Origin: a virus
Virus record (IMG/VR): IMGVR_UViG_3300020281_001713
Length of the DNA: 64,000 nt
Reading direction: 5' to 3' (one strand)
Part shown: piece by piece, positions 46,362 to 55,754 of the stretch
Layout: every line of letters starts with the position of its first letter
How positions within the stretch are numbered: the first letter of the stretch is position 1
Notes under the pieces: model-generated
What the model saw: only the letters and a program-made list of their open reading frames with translations
Database searches by the model: none
Told to the model about the DNA's origin: nothing
Position numbers and translations under genes: made by a program

Positions 46362-48281
46362 ATGTTTTTAGGGGTATTAGTTTTACTTACGGCTCTGACC
46401 ATCTCCGCCGTTGCTATCTATTATAGTGTCAGTGGATTGGTTGCAATATTTGCGGCCGCGGCTCTGCCGATTATGATTATGGGAGGAGTACTAGAAGTTG
46501 GTAAACTAGTTACCGCAGTTTGGCTTCATAGGTACTGGGCACAAACAAAGTGGTGGCTAAAGTCTTATCTGTCTTTAGCTGTCATATTACTAATGTTTAT
46601 TACAAGCATGGGCATATTTGGGTTCCTATCTAAAGCTCACATAGAACAAACAAGTGCAAGTGAAGAAAGTGTTGCACAAGTACAAAGAATAGATACAGAA
46701 ATAGCAAGATATAATGCAGTAATAGATAGAGCAGAAGAAAAAATTGAGACCTTAGAAACTAGAGGTACAGGCGGACAATCAAATATACAATCCCAAATTG
46801 ATATCGAAGAAGAAAGAATTAAAACAGCATATGAAAGATATCAACCACAAATTGAAGAACAACAAAAAATAATTGACCAACAACAAGAACTTTACAATAA
46901 TCAATTAACCCAACTTGATGATTTATTAGGAAGTGTGCAAGAGTTTATTGCACAAGGAACAGATTCTTCTATCAAACAAGCACAAACAATTATAGGAACA
47001 AGAGCAGATGGAAATTGGGGAAGTGGATCAGCCAGAACTTATCGAAATTGGGTAGCAACACAAGAAGAACGTAGACAAGAAATAATTTCTAAAATTGAGC
47101 AACTTGCCAATAATCCTACTGTGATTGCCGCAAGAGAAGAAATATTAAGATTAAGGGGATTAGCTGAGAAGCAAATAGAGGAATCTAACAGACTAATTAC
47201 TTCTTATAGGGAACAGTTATCAAGCAACAGAACCATAGATGTGGGTAGCTTGATTGATGCAGAGTTAGCAAAAATAAATGAAACTAATGACAACATAGAC
47301 AAGCTTACAGAAGAAAAGTATGCATTAGAAGCCGAGTATAGAAAATTAGAAGCAGAAGTAGGACCTATCAAATACATTGCTGAATTTGTTTATGGCGAAC
47401 AAGCTGACAAAGATCTATTAGAACAAGCAGTTAGATGGGTTATCTTACTAATTATATTTGTTTTTGATCCGCTTGCAGTTTTACTATTAATTGCAAGTCA
47501 GTATACTTTTGAGACTATACGCAATAAAAAACCAAAAAAAGAAGTTTTTGACTGGGATGACTATGAGCATAAAAGGGCACAAGCAATAGTTGATAATCCT
47601 GGACCAGAGGGAGATAAAGATGTCAATGTCAATGAAGCACCTGATAGTGTCGATGATGAACTTGCACAATCATCAGCCACAGAAGAAGAACAAGCAGTTG
47701 ATAAGCAACCTGAACAAACAGAATCAAGAGCCGAAGACGAAGCCAGCGATGACTCCAGCAGAGCTGAAAGAGATATTGGGGGACAGCCTGGAACCCCGCC
47801 TTTGGGAGACGATACAGTTTACGAAATAGCAAAAAGTACAGCCTCTATGACAATGGAACCATTTGACGGAAAGTTAGCTGAAGAAACAGTAAAAGAGCAA
47901 ATGGAGGCTGAAGAACTTGTACCAGATGTAATCGAGCCAGCAGTTAATATGAAAATTGATGAAGAATGGCAAGAAAGAGAAAAGCCAGAAACTAAAAAAA
48001 AACAAGAATCATCGGAACGTTTAAAGGCTCTTGAAGAAAAGGAAAATGACGAAGAGTATGTTGCCGCAAGGACAAAATGGAAAGCTGAAAATCCTGATCA
48101 AACTCTGAAGCACTATAAAAACTTATATGCAAAAGGAGTTATAGATTCATTACCTTGGGAGCAAAATACAATAGAAAATAAGTATACTCGTGAGCCACTT
48201 ACTGAAGTAATTGAACCAGAAGGATATTCACAAAACAGTGAACAAAATGAAAATACTCTTTTTAACAAACTTAAAAAATAG
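46362..48281 (+). CDS. Membrane-anchored coiled-coil protein
   Basis: N-terminal TMs, SMGIFGFLSKAH, EAEVGPIKYIA, VFDPLAV. Confidence 0.7.
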   Translation: MFLGVLVLLTALTISAVAIYYSVSGLVAIFAAAALPIMIMGGVLEVGKLVTAVWLHRYWAQTKWWLKSYLSLAVILLMFITSMGIFGFLSKAHIEQTSASEESVAQVQRIDTEIARYNAVIDRAEEKIETLETRGTGGQSNIQSQIDIEEERIKTAYERYQPQIEEQQKIIDQQQELYNNQLTQLDDLLGSVQEFIAQGTDSSIKQAQTIIGTRADGNWGSGSARTYRNWVATQEERRQEIISKIEQLANNPTVIAAREEILRLRGLAEKQIEESNRLITSYREQLSSNRTIDVGSLIDAELAKINETNDNIDKLTEEKYALEAEYRKLEAEVGPIKYIAEFVYGEQADKDLLEQAVRWVILLIIFVFDPLAVLLLIASQYTFETIRNKKPKKEVFDWDDYEHKRAQAIVDNPGPEGDKDVNVNEAPDSVDDELAQSSATEEEQAVDKQPEQTESRAEDEASDDSSRAERDIGGQPGTPPLGDDTVYEIAKSTASMTMEPFDGKLAEETVKEQMEAEELVPDVIEPAVNMKIDEEWQEREKPETKKKQESSERLKALEEKENDEEYVAARTKWKAENPDQTLKHYKNLYAKGVIDSLPWEQNTIENKYTREPLTEVIEPEGYSQNSEQNENTLFNKLKK

Positions 48282-48288
48282 GCTGTAA

Positions 48289-48687
48289 TTGAAGAATATA
48301 AACATAATCACACCGCCAGATAAATTATTCAACGATGCCCTACAAGTGTTGCTAGTGTTTCCTACAAAAGAAACACAAGAACAAGTGCAATCTAATCTTC
48401 TTGCTTATGTAGAAGAAGATGTCAACATTTATTATTATGATGCAGAAGTATGTGCTGAAAAGGATATAGATTGGCTTTTAACTGTGTTCAAAATGTCCGA
48501 TTTAGCAATAATTGATATAGATAATGTCCAACCTTATGCAAGAGATCTAATTGGATACATGATTGCAAAGCCAAAATCTTTCTGGTTGACAAAAGGCCAG
48601 AACATAGTGTATAATAAATTAAGTAAAAATGAAATAACGGATTTTAAATTTTTGTCCAAGTTAGGAGGTAATTTTGAGACGAAATAA
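48289..48687 (+). CDS. Hypothetical protein
   Basis: IITPPD...; TTG start. Confidence 0.55.
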   Translation: MKNINIITPPDKLFNDALQVLLVFPTKETQEQVQSNLLAYVEEDVNIYYYDAEVCAEKDIDWLLTVFKMSDLAIIDIDNVQPYARDLIGYMIAKPKSFWLTKGQNIVYNKLSKNEITDFKFLSKLGGNFETK

Positions 48688-48925
48688 AGGTGGCTTTCGC
48701 CACAACAAAGAAAAACCACTCGGCAAAGGTTTATACGTCGAAGTTAGGAATAACGATCTAAATTGGGCACTACGGAAGTTTAAGAAAAAAGTACAAGAAG
48801 ATGGTGTCTTGCAAGAATTTAAAGAGAGGCAGTTTTACACTAAACCAAGTGAAAAACGTAAAAGAGCTAAAGCCGCAGGCAGGGCTAGATGGCTAAAGAA
48901 ATTAGAAAAGCAAAGGTTGGATTAA
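48674..48925 (+). CDS. rpsU: Ribosomal protein bS21
   Basis: VEVRNNDLNWALRKFKKKVQEDG.LQEFKERQFYTKPSEKRKRAKAA; GGAGG RBS. Confidence 0.9.
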   Translation: MRRNKGGFRHNKEKPLGKGLYVEVRNNDLNWALRKFKKKVQEDGVLQEFKERQFYTKPSEKRKRAKAAGRARWLKKLEKQRLD

Positions 48926-48926
48926 A

Positions 48927-50051
48927 ATGCGTATTGAAGAAGATGTGAAATTGGATTTCAAAGATGTTCTTTTCAAACCAAAGCGAAGTAAGTTAGAAAG
49001 TCGCCGAGACGTTGATTTGACAAGGACATTTAAGTTTCATAACAGTGGAAATGAATGGACTGGCGTTCCTATTATGGCAAGTAATATGGACGGAGTAGGT
49101 ACGTTCGAAATGGCTAAAATCTTACAAGAACATAAGATGATTACAGTCATGCGAAAACATTATACCATTGATGATTGGAAAGAACAAAGTCAAGGCGTCA
49201 AAATGAAATACCTTAGTGTATGCACAGGCACAGGTGTTATATGGGATTCTAATGCACAAGATTATGCTACAATGAAAGCAGTGCTAGAAATGTATCCAGA
49301 CATCAAATTTATTACTGTTGATGTAGCTAATGCATATCACGAAAACTATGCAGAATTCATTGCTAGATTAAGAGATGCTTATCCAGATAAAACTATTGTA
49401 GCAGGAAATGTAATTTCTGCAGAAATGGTCGAAGAACTTATTATCAGAGGAGCAGATATTGTAAAGTGTGGTATTGGACCAGGTAGTGTTTGCACTACAC
49501 GTTTGATGACTGGTGTAGGTGTACCACAACTTTCAGGAATTATTGAATGTGCTGATGCGGCTAATGGTATAGGCGGACATATGATTGCAGACGGAGGTTG
49601 TGTATATCCAGGTGATGTAAGTAAAGCATTTGGAGCAGGCGCACACTTTGTTATGCTTGGAGGTATGCTAGCTGGACATAAAGAAGGTGGCGGCAATATT
49701 ATAACAAAGCACACTGCAACTGGAGGCGCATTTAAAGCAGAAAGCGGAACTTATGTACCACACTTTGCTGAACAAAACTTTGTTGAGTTTTATGGTATGA
49801 GTTCAGATGCGGCTATGGCTACACATGGAACCCGTAAAGATGGATATAGAGGAGCAGAAGGTAAAGTTGTTTCTATTCCATACAAAGGCAATGTGCAAGA
49901 CACATTAACTGAAATTTTAGGCGGTGTACGATCTACTTGTACATATATAGGTGCTAAAAGGCTAAAAGACATGTCAAAATGCACTACATTTGTACGTTGT
50001 ACACAACAAGTAAACCAGATATTTACTCCCTTTGACGTACAAAAGGGATAA
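48927..50051 (+). CDS. guaC: GMP reductase
   Basis: KLDFKDVL..PKRS, GIGPGSVCTTR, ADGGC..PGDV.KAFGAGA, FYGMSS, LGGVRSTCTY. Confidence 0.95.
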   Translation: MRIEEDVKLDFKDVLFKPKRSKLESRRDVDLTRTFKFHNSGNEWTGVPIMASNMDGVGTFEMAKILQEHKMITVMRKHYTIDDWKEQSQGVKMKYLSVCTGTGVIWDSNAQDYATMKAVLEMYPDIKFITVDVANAYHENYAEFIARLRDAYPDKTIVAGNVISAEMVEELIIRGADIVKCGIGPGSVCTTRLMTGVGVPQLSGIIECADAANGIGGHMIADGGCVYPGDVSKAFGAGAHFVMLGGMLAGHKEGGGNIITKHTATGGAFKAESGTYVPHFAEQNFVEFYGMSSDAAMATHGTRKDGYRGAEGKVVSIPYKGNVQDTLTEILGGVRSTCTYIGAKRLKDMSKCTTFVRCTQQVNQIFTPFDVQKG

Positions 50052-50059
50052 ATAAAAGT

Positions 50060-50141
50060 GTAAGGCAATGTATGCTTTACATTAACCGAGTGCCGAAAGG
50101 GCTCATTTTATAAATCTTGCTTATTAAAGGAGAAAACAATG
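50060..50141 (+). promoter_or_regulatory. ROSE-like RNA thermometer
   Basis: Two 5' hairpins, then TCTTGCT-TATTAA-AGGAGA: the U(U/C)GCU anti-SD motif paired to the SD of a small heat-shock gene. Confidence 0.7.
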
Positions 50142-50597
50142 ACAAGACTAACAACCCTAGATATCAACCCCCATTTTCAAAGAGCAACTATTGGATTTGA
50201 TCGAATCTTTGATCAACTCGAAAGACAGTTTGCTAATAGTCCAAACGGACAGGGGTATCCACCATATAACATTGCACAGTTGAACGAAGATGAGTTTATG
50301 ATCTCTCTTGCAGTTGCTGGCTTTGGTATGGATAATTTAGATATCACCAAAGACGGTGAAACCTTAAGAATTGAAGGGACTGCACCGGGTGGTGACGATC
50401 AAATAAATTATTTACACAAAGGAATTGGTGGACGTAATTTCCGTAGGGAATTTACACTTGCTGAACATGTTGAAGTTGTAAATGCTCAACTTGAACTTGG
50501 TATGCTTAATGTACACCTAAAGCGTAACTTACCGGAAGAATTACAGCCTAAAAAAATTAAAATTAATGAAGGCGTAACAATCGACCAAAGCAAGTAA
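50139..50597 (+). CDS. Small heat-shock protein Hsp20 (IbpA-like)
   Basis: IGFDR, YPPYNI, LAVAGF, YLHKGI..RNF.REFTLAEHVEV. Confidence 0.95.
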   Translation: MTRLTTLDINPHFQRATIGFDRIFDQLERQFANSPNGQGYPPYNIAQLNEDEFMISLAVAGFGMDNLDITKDGETLRIEGTAPGGDDQINYLHKGIGGRNFRREFTLAEHVEVVNAQLELGMLNVHLKRNLPEELQPKKIKINEGVTIDQSK

Positions 50598-50646
50598 TAG
50601 GCATCTGGGGGAGTACTAGTTATTCCCCCATACCTAGGAGGAAAAA

Positions 50647-50958
50647 ATGACTACAGTGACAGATATAGATGTTAAAATAGATGAAAAGATCAAAGATCTT
50701 ATTCAAGAACCTAGCCGTTATAATGTCATCTTTCTAAACGATGATGCCACACCCATGGAATGGGTAATTGACTTATTAGTAAGAGTATTCAAACATACTC
50801 AGACTTCCGCACAAAATCTAACATTGGAGATACATACTAATGGTAGTGCAGTTGTCGGCACTTACAGCTATGAAATTGCCGAACAGAAAGCTATAGAATC
50901 TACTACAGCAAGTAGAGAAAACGGCTTTCCACTACAGATTAAAGTGGAAGTGGAATAA
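50647..50958 (+). CDS. clpS: Clp protease adaptor ClpS
   Basis: Y.VIFLNDD.TPMEWV...EIH..GSAVVGTY.YEIAEQK...FPL. Confidence 0.92.
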   Translation: MTTVTDIDVKIDEKIKDLIQEPSRYNVIFLNDDATPMEWVIDLLVRVFKHTQTSAQNLTLEIHTNGSAVVGTYSYEIAEQKAIESTTASRENGFPLQIKVEVE

Positions 50959-51513
50959 ATGTCGAACTTAAAAGAGTTAACTTGGGAACATCACAAGAAC
51001 GCTGAGCGACAAGAATTTGTTAAAGAACTAATGTCCGGAGACATATCAAAAAAAAGATATGCAACTCTTTTATTTAATTTACATCCATGCTATAATATTT
51101 TAGAAACATTTGCACGATTATATGATCTTTTAGATGTTAGACTCGCACCATCTATACATGCAGACTATCATGAATTATGGAACGAAACTGAGGAGTACCA
51201 ACCACCATTACTGCCAGTAGTAAGAGAATATATGGATCACATAGTATCAATACAAGAAGATCCAGACAAATTAATGGCACATCTATATGTTAGACATATG
51301 GGTGATCTTAGTGGAGGACAAATGATAGCAAAGAAAGTACCAGGATCTGGAACCATGTATAAGTTTAACGAAGATGTAAAAGTGCTGAAAGAAAAAATAC
51401 GTGCTAGGCTAGATGACAGTATGGCTGAAGAAGCAAAAATAGCATTTACTTTCGCTACTAAACTATTTAAACAAATGATGGAAATTGAAAATGGTAGCAA
51501 ACAAAAACACTGA
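50959..51513 (+). CDS. Heme oxygenase
   Basis: LKELTWEHHKNAE, AHLYVRHMGDLSGGQMI, EAKIAF. Confidence 0.92.
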   Translation: MSNLKELTWEHHKNAERQEFVKELMSGDISKKRYATLLFNLHPCYNILETFARLYDLLDVRLAPSIHADYHELWNETEEYQPPLLPVVREYMDHIVSIQEDPDKLMAHLYVRHMGDLSGGQMIAKKVPGSGTMYKFNEDVKVLKEKIRARLDDSMAEEAKIAFTFATKLFKQMMEIENGSKQKH

Positions 51514-52540
51514 CCCAGTCCAACAAAATCGACCAAAATCAATAAAACGCCAAAGTGTAAGATTCGGCGGTGCTCAAATTCCTGTCACACATGATTTAAA
51601 AAAGAATGTTGTAGAAATTAAAGAAGCAATTGATTGGGCCGCAGAAAATAAAGTAGATTATCTAGTCACACCAGAAGGATCACTTAGCGGTTACTACGAT
51701 AAATTTATGGACCAACCACATCAACTAGAGGAACTTCGTGCAGGAGAATGGGAAGTAACTCAGTATGCAGGAAGCAAACAACTAGGTTTATGCTTAGGAA
51801 CATTGTTTTTAGATTACGAACCATCTGGTCAATTAAAAAGAGATCAGATAAGATTTTACAATAAGTCTGGGCAAATAGAAGATGTGTATAACAAAATCCA
51901 ACTTATACTCAATGATGTAGTGGTTCCAGGAGAATTTAAAGAATATAACACAACCCATCCAGATAAAGAATGGCAAGGGCACCCTATAATAAATTTACCT
52001 GCTGGTCCGACGACAAAGGTGCAAGTCAGTGCATTGATATGTAATGACATGTATGGAGAAAATCCAAAAGGAGAAGGCATTGCAAGAAGAGCTTTGTATA
52101 TGTTAAGCACTTGTCCTAATCCGATAGAATTAATAATCCATCCTACTTATGGACTTAGAGGCACCGAGGTAATAGAAAATTTTCAATATGATGGTACTCG
52201 TGATGGTAAAGAAGTACCAGCAGAATTTGCAGATCATATACGCAAGACAATGGAAGATTGGCATGAAAGTACTTTAGTAATGTTGTCTTATCAATTAAAT
52301 CAAACATTTTTTATAGTAGATGCATGTTCTGATTTTTCTGGACAAATGTCAGACTTTAACACAAGTAGTCCTAGTGGAGTAGTTAGTAAAGGAGAATGGT
52401 TAGTCAAAGCCCCTAGGAAGGGCAAACAATATTTTTATCATGATTTCGAACTGCCTACAATAATAGATTACAGTATGACTACCAATAGAGATATTGTAGG
52501 ATTACTAGAAAAGAATAATCCAAAACCGATTGAGGAATAG
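51485..52540 (+). CDS. Carbon-nitrogen hydrolase (nitrilase/amidase) family protein
   Basis: LVTPEGSLSGY, YNKIQL, LICNDM = E-K-C triad. Confidence 0.75.
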   Translation: MKMVANKNTDPVQQNRPKSIKRQSVRFGGAQIPVTHDLKKNVVEIKEAIDWAAENKVDYLVTPEGSLSGYYDKFMDQPHQLEELRAGEWEVTQYAGSKQLGLCLGTLFLDYEPSGQLKRDQIRFYNKSGQIEDVYNKIQLILNDVVVPGEFKEYNTTHPDKEWQGHPIINLPAGPTTKVQVSALICNDMYGENPKGEGIARRALYMLSTCPNPIELIIHPTYGLRGTEVIENFQYDGTRDGKEVPAEFADHIRKTMEDWHESTLVMLSYQLNQTFFIVDACSDFSGQMSDFNTSSPSGVVSKGEWLVKAPRKGKQYFYHDFELPTIIDYSMTTNRDIVGLLEKNNPKPIEE

Positions 52541-52542
52541 CT

Positions 52543-53256
52543 ATGTTTACTTTTGAACCACCACCAGAGTCAGAAATATGGGACAAATTAATATTGTGCC
52601 AAAACGACATTATTGAAATGTTTGATCACTATGCTGAAGAATTTGAAGAACCAGGATTAGATTATTTTAATAAACCAGATGGCAGTTGGATTAATAGAGT
52701 TTGGAAGAATAAACATATACGTAGAGCTCATATTGATGTAGTAGATGCTAGAGCTACAAAAGGATTATGGATGATGCATGTATGTTGTTTTCCTGATTTA
52801 AATAATGATGGTCCTATATATGGTTTTGATGTAATAGCTGGTAAAAATAAAATCACAGGAGCATTTCACGATTTTTCTCCTAGTGCCACTTTAGAACATG
52901 AACTAATTGATGAATATTATAGATCAGTAGAAAACTTTGTGCCTAAAAAACAAAGAGAATTACCTGAATGGGCAAAAAATATTTTTACTGATAAAATGTT
53001 GGCCGCAAGCAATGTGAAAGCAGATGAAGCAGATGATATAATCGCTATAGCAATTCGTAATCTAGCTATGTATTTCATGACTATTGGTGAGTCTGCAGGA
53101 CAAGGTAATGTAGATGAAGTAAAAGGCGCTCAAAACTACTATTGTGAAAACCAACAAATGAATCCACATACACCTAATGTAATGAAAAGTTTAGGCCTGC
53201 CTGAAGCCGATGTAGAAAAATTCTGCACAGATATGCTGTTTCCAAAAATCGTATAA
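52543..53256 (+). CDS. Ferredoxin-dependent bilin reductase (PcyX/PcyA-like)
   Basis: RRAHIDVVD, WMMHVC.FP, PIYGFDVIAG..KITGAFHDFSP, RELPEWA..IF, YCENQQ.NPHT. Confidence 0.9.
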   Translation: MFTFEPPPESEIWDKLILCQNDIIEMFDHYAEEFEEPGLDYFNKPDGSWINRVWKNKHIRRAHIDVVDARATKGLWMMHVCCFPDLNNDGPIYGFDVIAGKNKITGAFHDFSPSATLEHELIDEYYRSVENFVPKKQRELPEWAKNIFTDKMLAASNVKADEADDIIAIAIRNLAMYFMTIGESAGQGNVDEVKGAQNYYCENQQMNPHTPNVMKSLGLPEADVEKFCTDMLFPKIV

Positions 53257-53263
53257 ATACTTT

Positions 53264-54430
53264 ATGCGTTACTCAGATTTCAAACAACCTTTATTTGAAG
53301 GGTATACAATAGGAGATATTGCGGAAACACTATGGGGAGCCGCAGTAACAGCCGCTTTTGAAAACTATCCTGCTCCTGCACAGCCTGCAGATGTAAACAG
53401 GATAATGGCCAGTCTTAAAAATCTAAGTTATACAAAAACAAGAGCAGACGGACTTAAAAGTGAAATGACTGATGAAGTAAGCTTTGTTAATCAAATCGCA
53501 ATGAAAGATCACGTAGCAGATATAAAAGCATGGCCGAACTCAGTATTTCCTACTAAAAGAATTGATATAGTAACAGGTAATGTTATTAAAGATGCTAATT
53601 TACAAGTTAAAACAGCAGGGCTAGATCTAAAGCAAATCTTTGCAAATGGTAAAGCAGACAAAATTGTTATTGGAGCTCAAGGCGGAGCAGACCAAAAAGG
53701 CACTAAAGTTGATGTAGCAATTACGCATAGTGTTCAAGGTGCTACAGAAACAATTCATTTAGGATATAGTCTTAAAACAAACGATAAAGATGCAAAGCTT
53801 ATGCCAGTAGGACAAAATCCTGGAGTCAAATCAGCAAGGGGTTCTGGTAGAAGTGTAGTTGAATTTTTTACTGATCTTGGCATCAAAGATATTAAAGAAC
53901 CATTATATGATGCGGCCGCAGAATTGAATAAGCAGATTAAAGACCAATTTGCATTAGGTAGAACTGACCAAGCAAAGATACTTCGAAAAGGCGGAGAAGT
54001 AAATCAAGACATGAACGATAACATGGCTAAAGCAGTTCAACAAATAAACGATAGAGTTAACAACGATGCAGAAGAAAGGAAGTTTTTCGAAGACTTAATT
54101 AATTTCCTTAATGTGCATATTAACAAAGGTGAAAAAGGTTTAAAACTTTTAACAATTGGTAAAGAAGAAGTATATACAAGTACTCTTGAAAAATTTGCCG
54201 AAATGGCTCCTCAACTAAAAATATCTGCAAAACATTTCCCACAAGGACAAAAGTTTTTCATTTATGCAGAAAATGATGAAACTGGTGAACAAGATGCAAT
54301 TCTTGAAGTAAGATTAAAAACTACCGGCGGAGTACCTAGTAGTAAAAATGCCGCAATCTATAGAAATTTAAGATATACACTTACAGTTTCAACTGGACCT
54401 GGTTACAACAAGTACGCCAAGATTTCCTAA
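53264..54430 (+). CDS. PD-(D/E)xK-like putative virion protein
   Basis: MRYSDFK..LFE N-terminus; GDIAE...KVDV...YSLK; late promoter at 53252. Confidence 0.45.
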   Translation: MRYSDFKQPLFEGYTIGDIAETLWGAAVTAAFENYPAPAQPADVNRIMASLKNLSYTKTRADGLKSEMTDEVSFVNQIAMKDHVADIKAWPNSVFPTKRIDIVTGNVIKDANLQVKTAGLDLKQIFANGKADKIVIGAQGGADQKGTKVDVAITHSVQGATETIHLGYSLKTNDKDAKLMPVGQNPGVKSARGSGRSVVEFFTDLGIKDIKEPLYDAAAELNKQIKDQFALGRTDQAKILRKGGEVNQDMNDNMAKAVQQINDRVNNDAEERKFFEDLINFLNVHINKGEKGLKLLTIGKEEVYTSTLEKFAEMAPQLKISAKHFPQGQKFFIYAENDETGEQDAILEVRLKTTGGVPSSKNAAIYRNLRYTLTVSTGPGYNKYAKIS

Positions 54431-54596
54431 CACCATTTAAGACCCCTTAAACACCGTCAAAATTTTGACGGATAACTTTTACAAATTTCTTACACCTAAG
54501 TTGTGCAAAAAAATGCTTACTCCCAGCGATTTTTTTATTTTTAGAAATAAATACATTTGAGCAAAGCGTGAGGGCTTTGACATAGGATTGAAATAG

Positions 54597-55754
54597 ATGA
54601 ATAAGTTTAAATTGAGGGTAGCGATCGTTGTGTTCGCATTAGGTTTCCTTGCTTTCGAAAGTGTCGCACAAGTTGAGAATGATGCTGATGGATTATATGA
54701 TAGCACAAGCCTAGTTGATACAAATACTAACACCACATCTAACAGTACGGTGAACAGTACCAATACAAATAATAACAATACTACTATTAATAGTACTAAT
54801 GCAAATACCAACACTAATACAAACACCAATACCAACACGAATACTAGTACCAGTACGAGTACTAATACCAACAATAACACTAACACAAATACAAATAATA
54901 GTACAATTAATAGTACCAATGTAAACACAAACAACAATGTTTTGAGCGGAGGCACAAACAATACTAATGTGAATACAAATACTAATAATACTACTATCAA
55001 TAGCACAACGAACAGTACAAGTACAAATACTAATAACAATAATAATGTTAATACAAGTACTTCTAACAATACAAATACAAATAACAGTACAATTAACAGT
55101 ACTTCTAATAATACGAATACTAATACTAACACTAACAACAGTACTGTAAATCAAACAGTTAATCAAACTACAAACAGCACAGTAGATCAAACTGTTAACA
55201 GTACAAGCAATAATACAAACACTAATAATAATACGAACACAAATACTAACACCAATACGAATACTAATAATACACAAGTTAATAGTACAAGTACCAATAC
55301 CAATAACAACAACAATGTGAGCAGAATTGAGCAAAAAATTGAGAGCCCTCCGCCAACTGCTATTGCTCCAACTGTTAATGCAGGAGGAATTGATACTTGT
55401 ACAACTAGTGTCAGCGGAGCAGTACAAACACAGATATTAGGTATATCAGGTGGTACACACATACGAGACCTAAACTGTGAACGATTAAAGAATTCGAAAA
55501 CCCTTTACAATATGGGTATGAAAGTGGCGGCAGTCGCTCTGATGTGTCAAGATCCAGGAGTCTTTGAAGCTATGAAGATGGCCGGAACTCCATGTCCATT
55601 TAATGGTAAAATAGGCGTAGAAGCACAGGCAGAATGGGACGCAAATCCTAAGATGCAACCTGTGGCTAAAGAAGTGGAGACAAGACGCAATGATAAAATC
55701 GACGGAGCTCTTATGGGCATCGGCGGTGTTGGCCTGCTACTACTTCTTCTCTAG
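54597..55754 (+). CDS. Exported Asn/Thr-repeat protein with Cys-containing C-terminal domain and TM tail
   Basis: Signal peptide; about 200 aa of NT/NN/ST repeats; SPPPTAIAP...DTC...NCERLK...MCQD...PCP. Confidence 0.8.
   Translation: MNKFKLRVAIVVFALGFLAFESVAQVENDADGLYDSTSLVDTNTNTTSNSTVNSTNTNNNNTTINSTNANTNTNTNTNTNTNTSTSTSTNTNNNTNTNTNNSTINSTNVNTNNNVLSGGTNNTNVNTNTNNTTINSTTNSTSTNTNNNNNVNTSTSNNTNTNNSTINSTSNNTNTNTNTNNSTVNQTVNQTTNSTVDQTVNSTSNNTNTNNNTNTNTNTNTNTNNTQVNSTSTNTNNNNNVSRIEQKIESPPPTAIAPTVNAGGIDTCTTSVSGAVQTQILGISGGTHIRDLNCERLKNSKTLYNMGMKVAAVALMCQDPGVFEAMKMAGTPCPFNGKIGVEAQAEWDANPKMQPVAKEVETRRNDKIDGALMGIGGVGLLLLLL
54720..55320 (+). repeat. Low-complexity coding repeat (AAY/ACN codons)
   Basis: Degenerate aat-aca/aac-act arrays within the CDS. 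Confidence 0.85.

Noticed and set aside
47991-48005. A9 run in the 639-aa membrane protein as a second frameshift site
   Set aside because: The zero frame continues normally and both alternative frames stop within about 13 codons
54720-55320. Possible CRISPR array or iteron region
   Set aside because: No fixed repeat-spacer structure; in-frame low-complexity coding sequence
54479-55427. Long hydrophobic minus-strand ORFs (54479-55138, 54711-55427, 55187-55462)
   Set aside because: Antisense shadows of the Asn/Thr codon repeat
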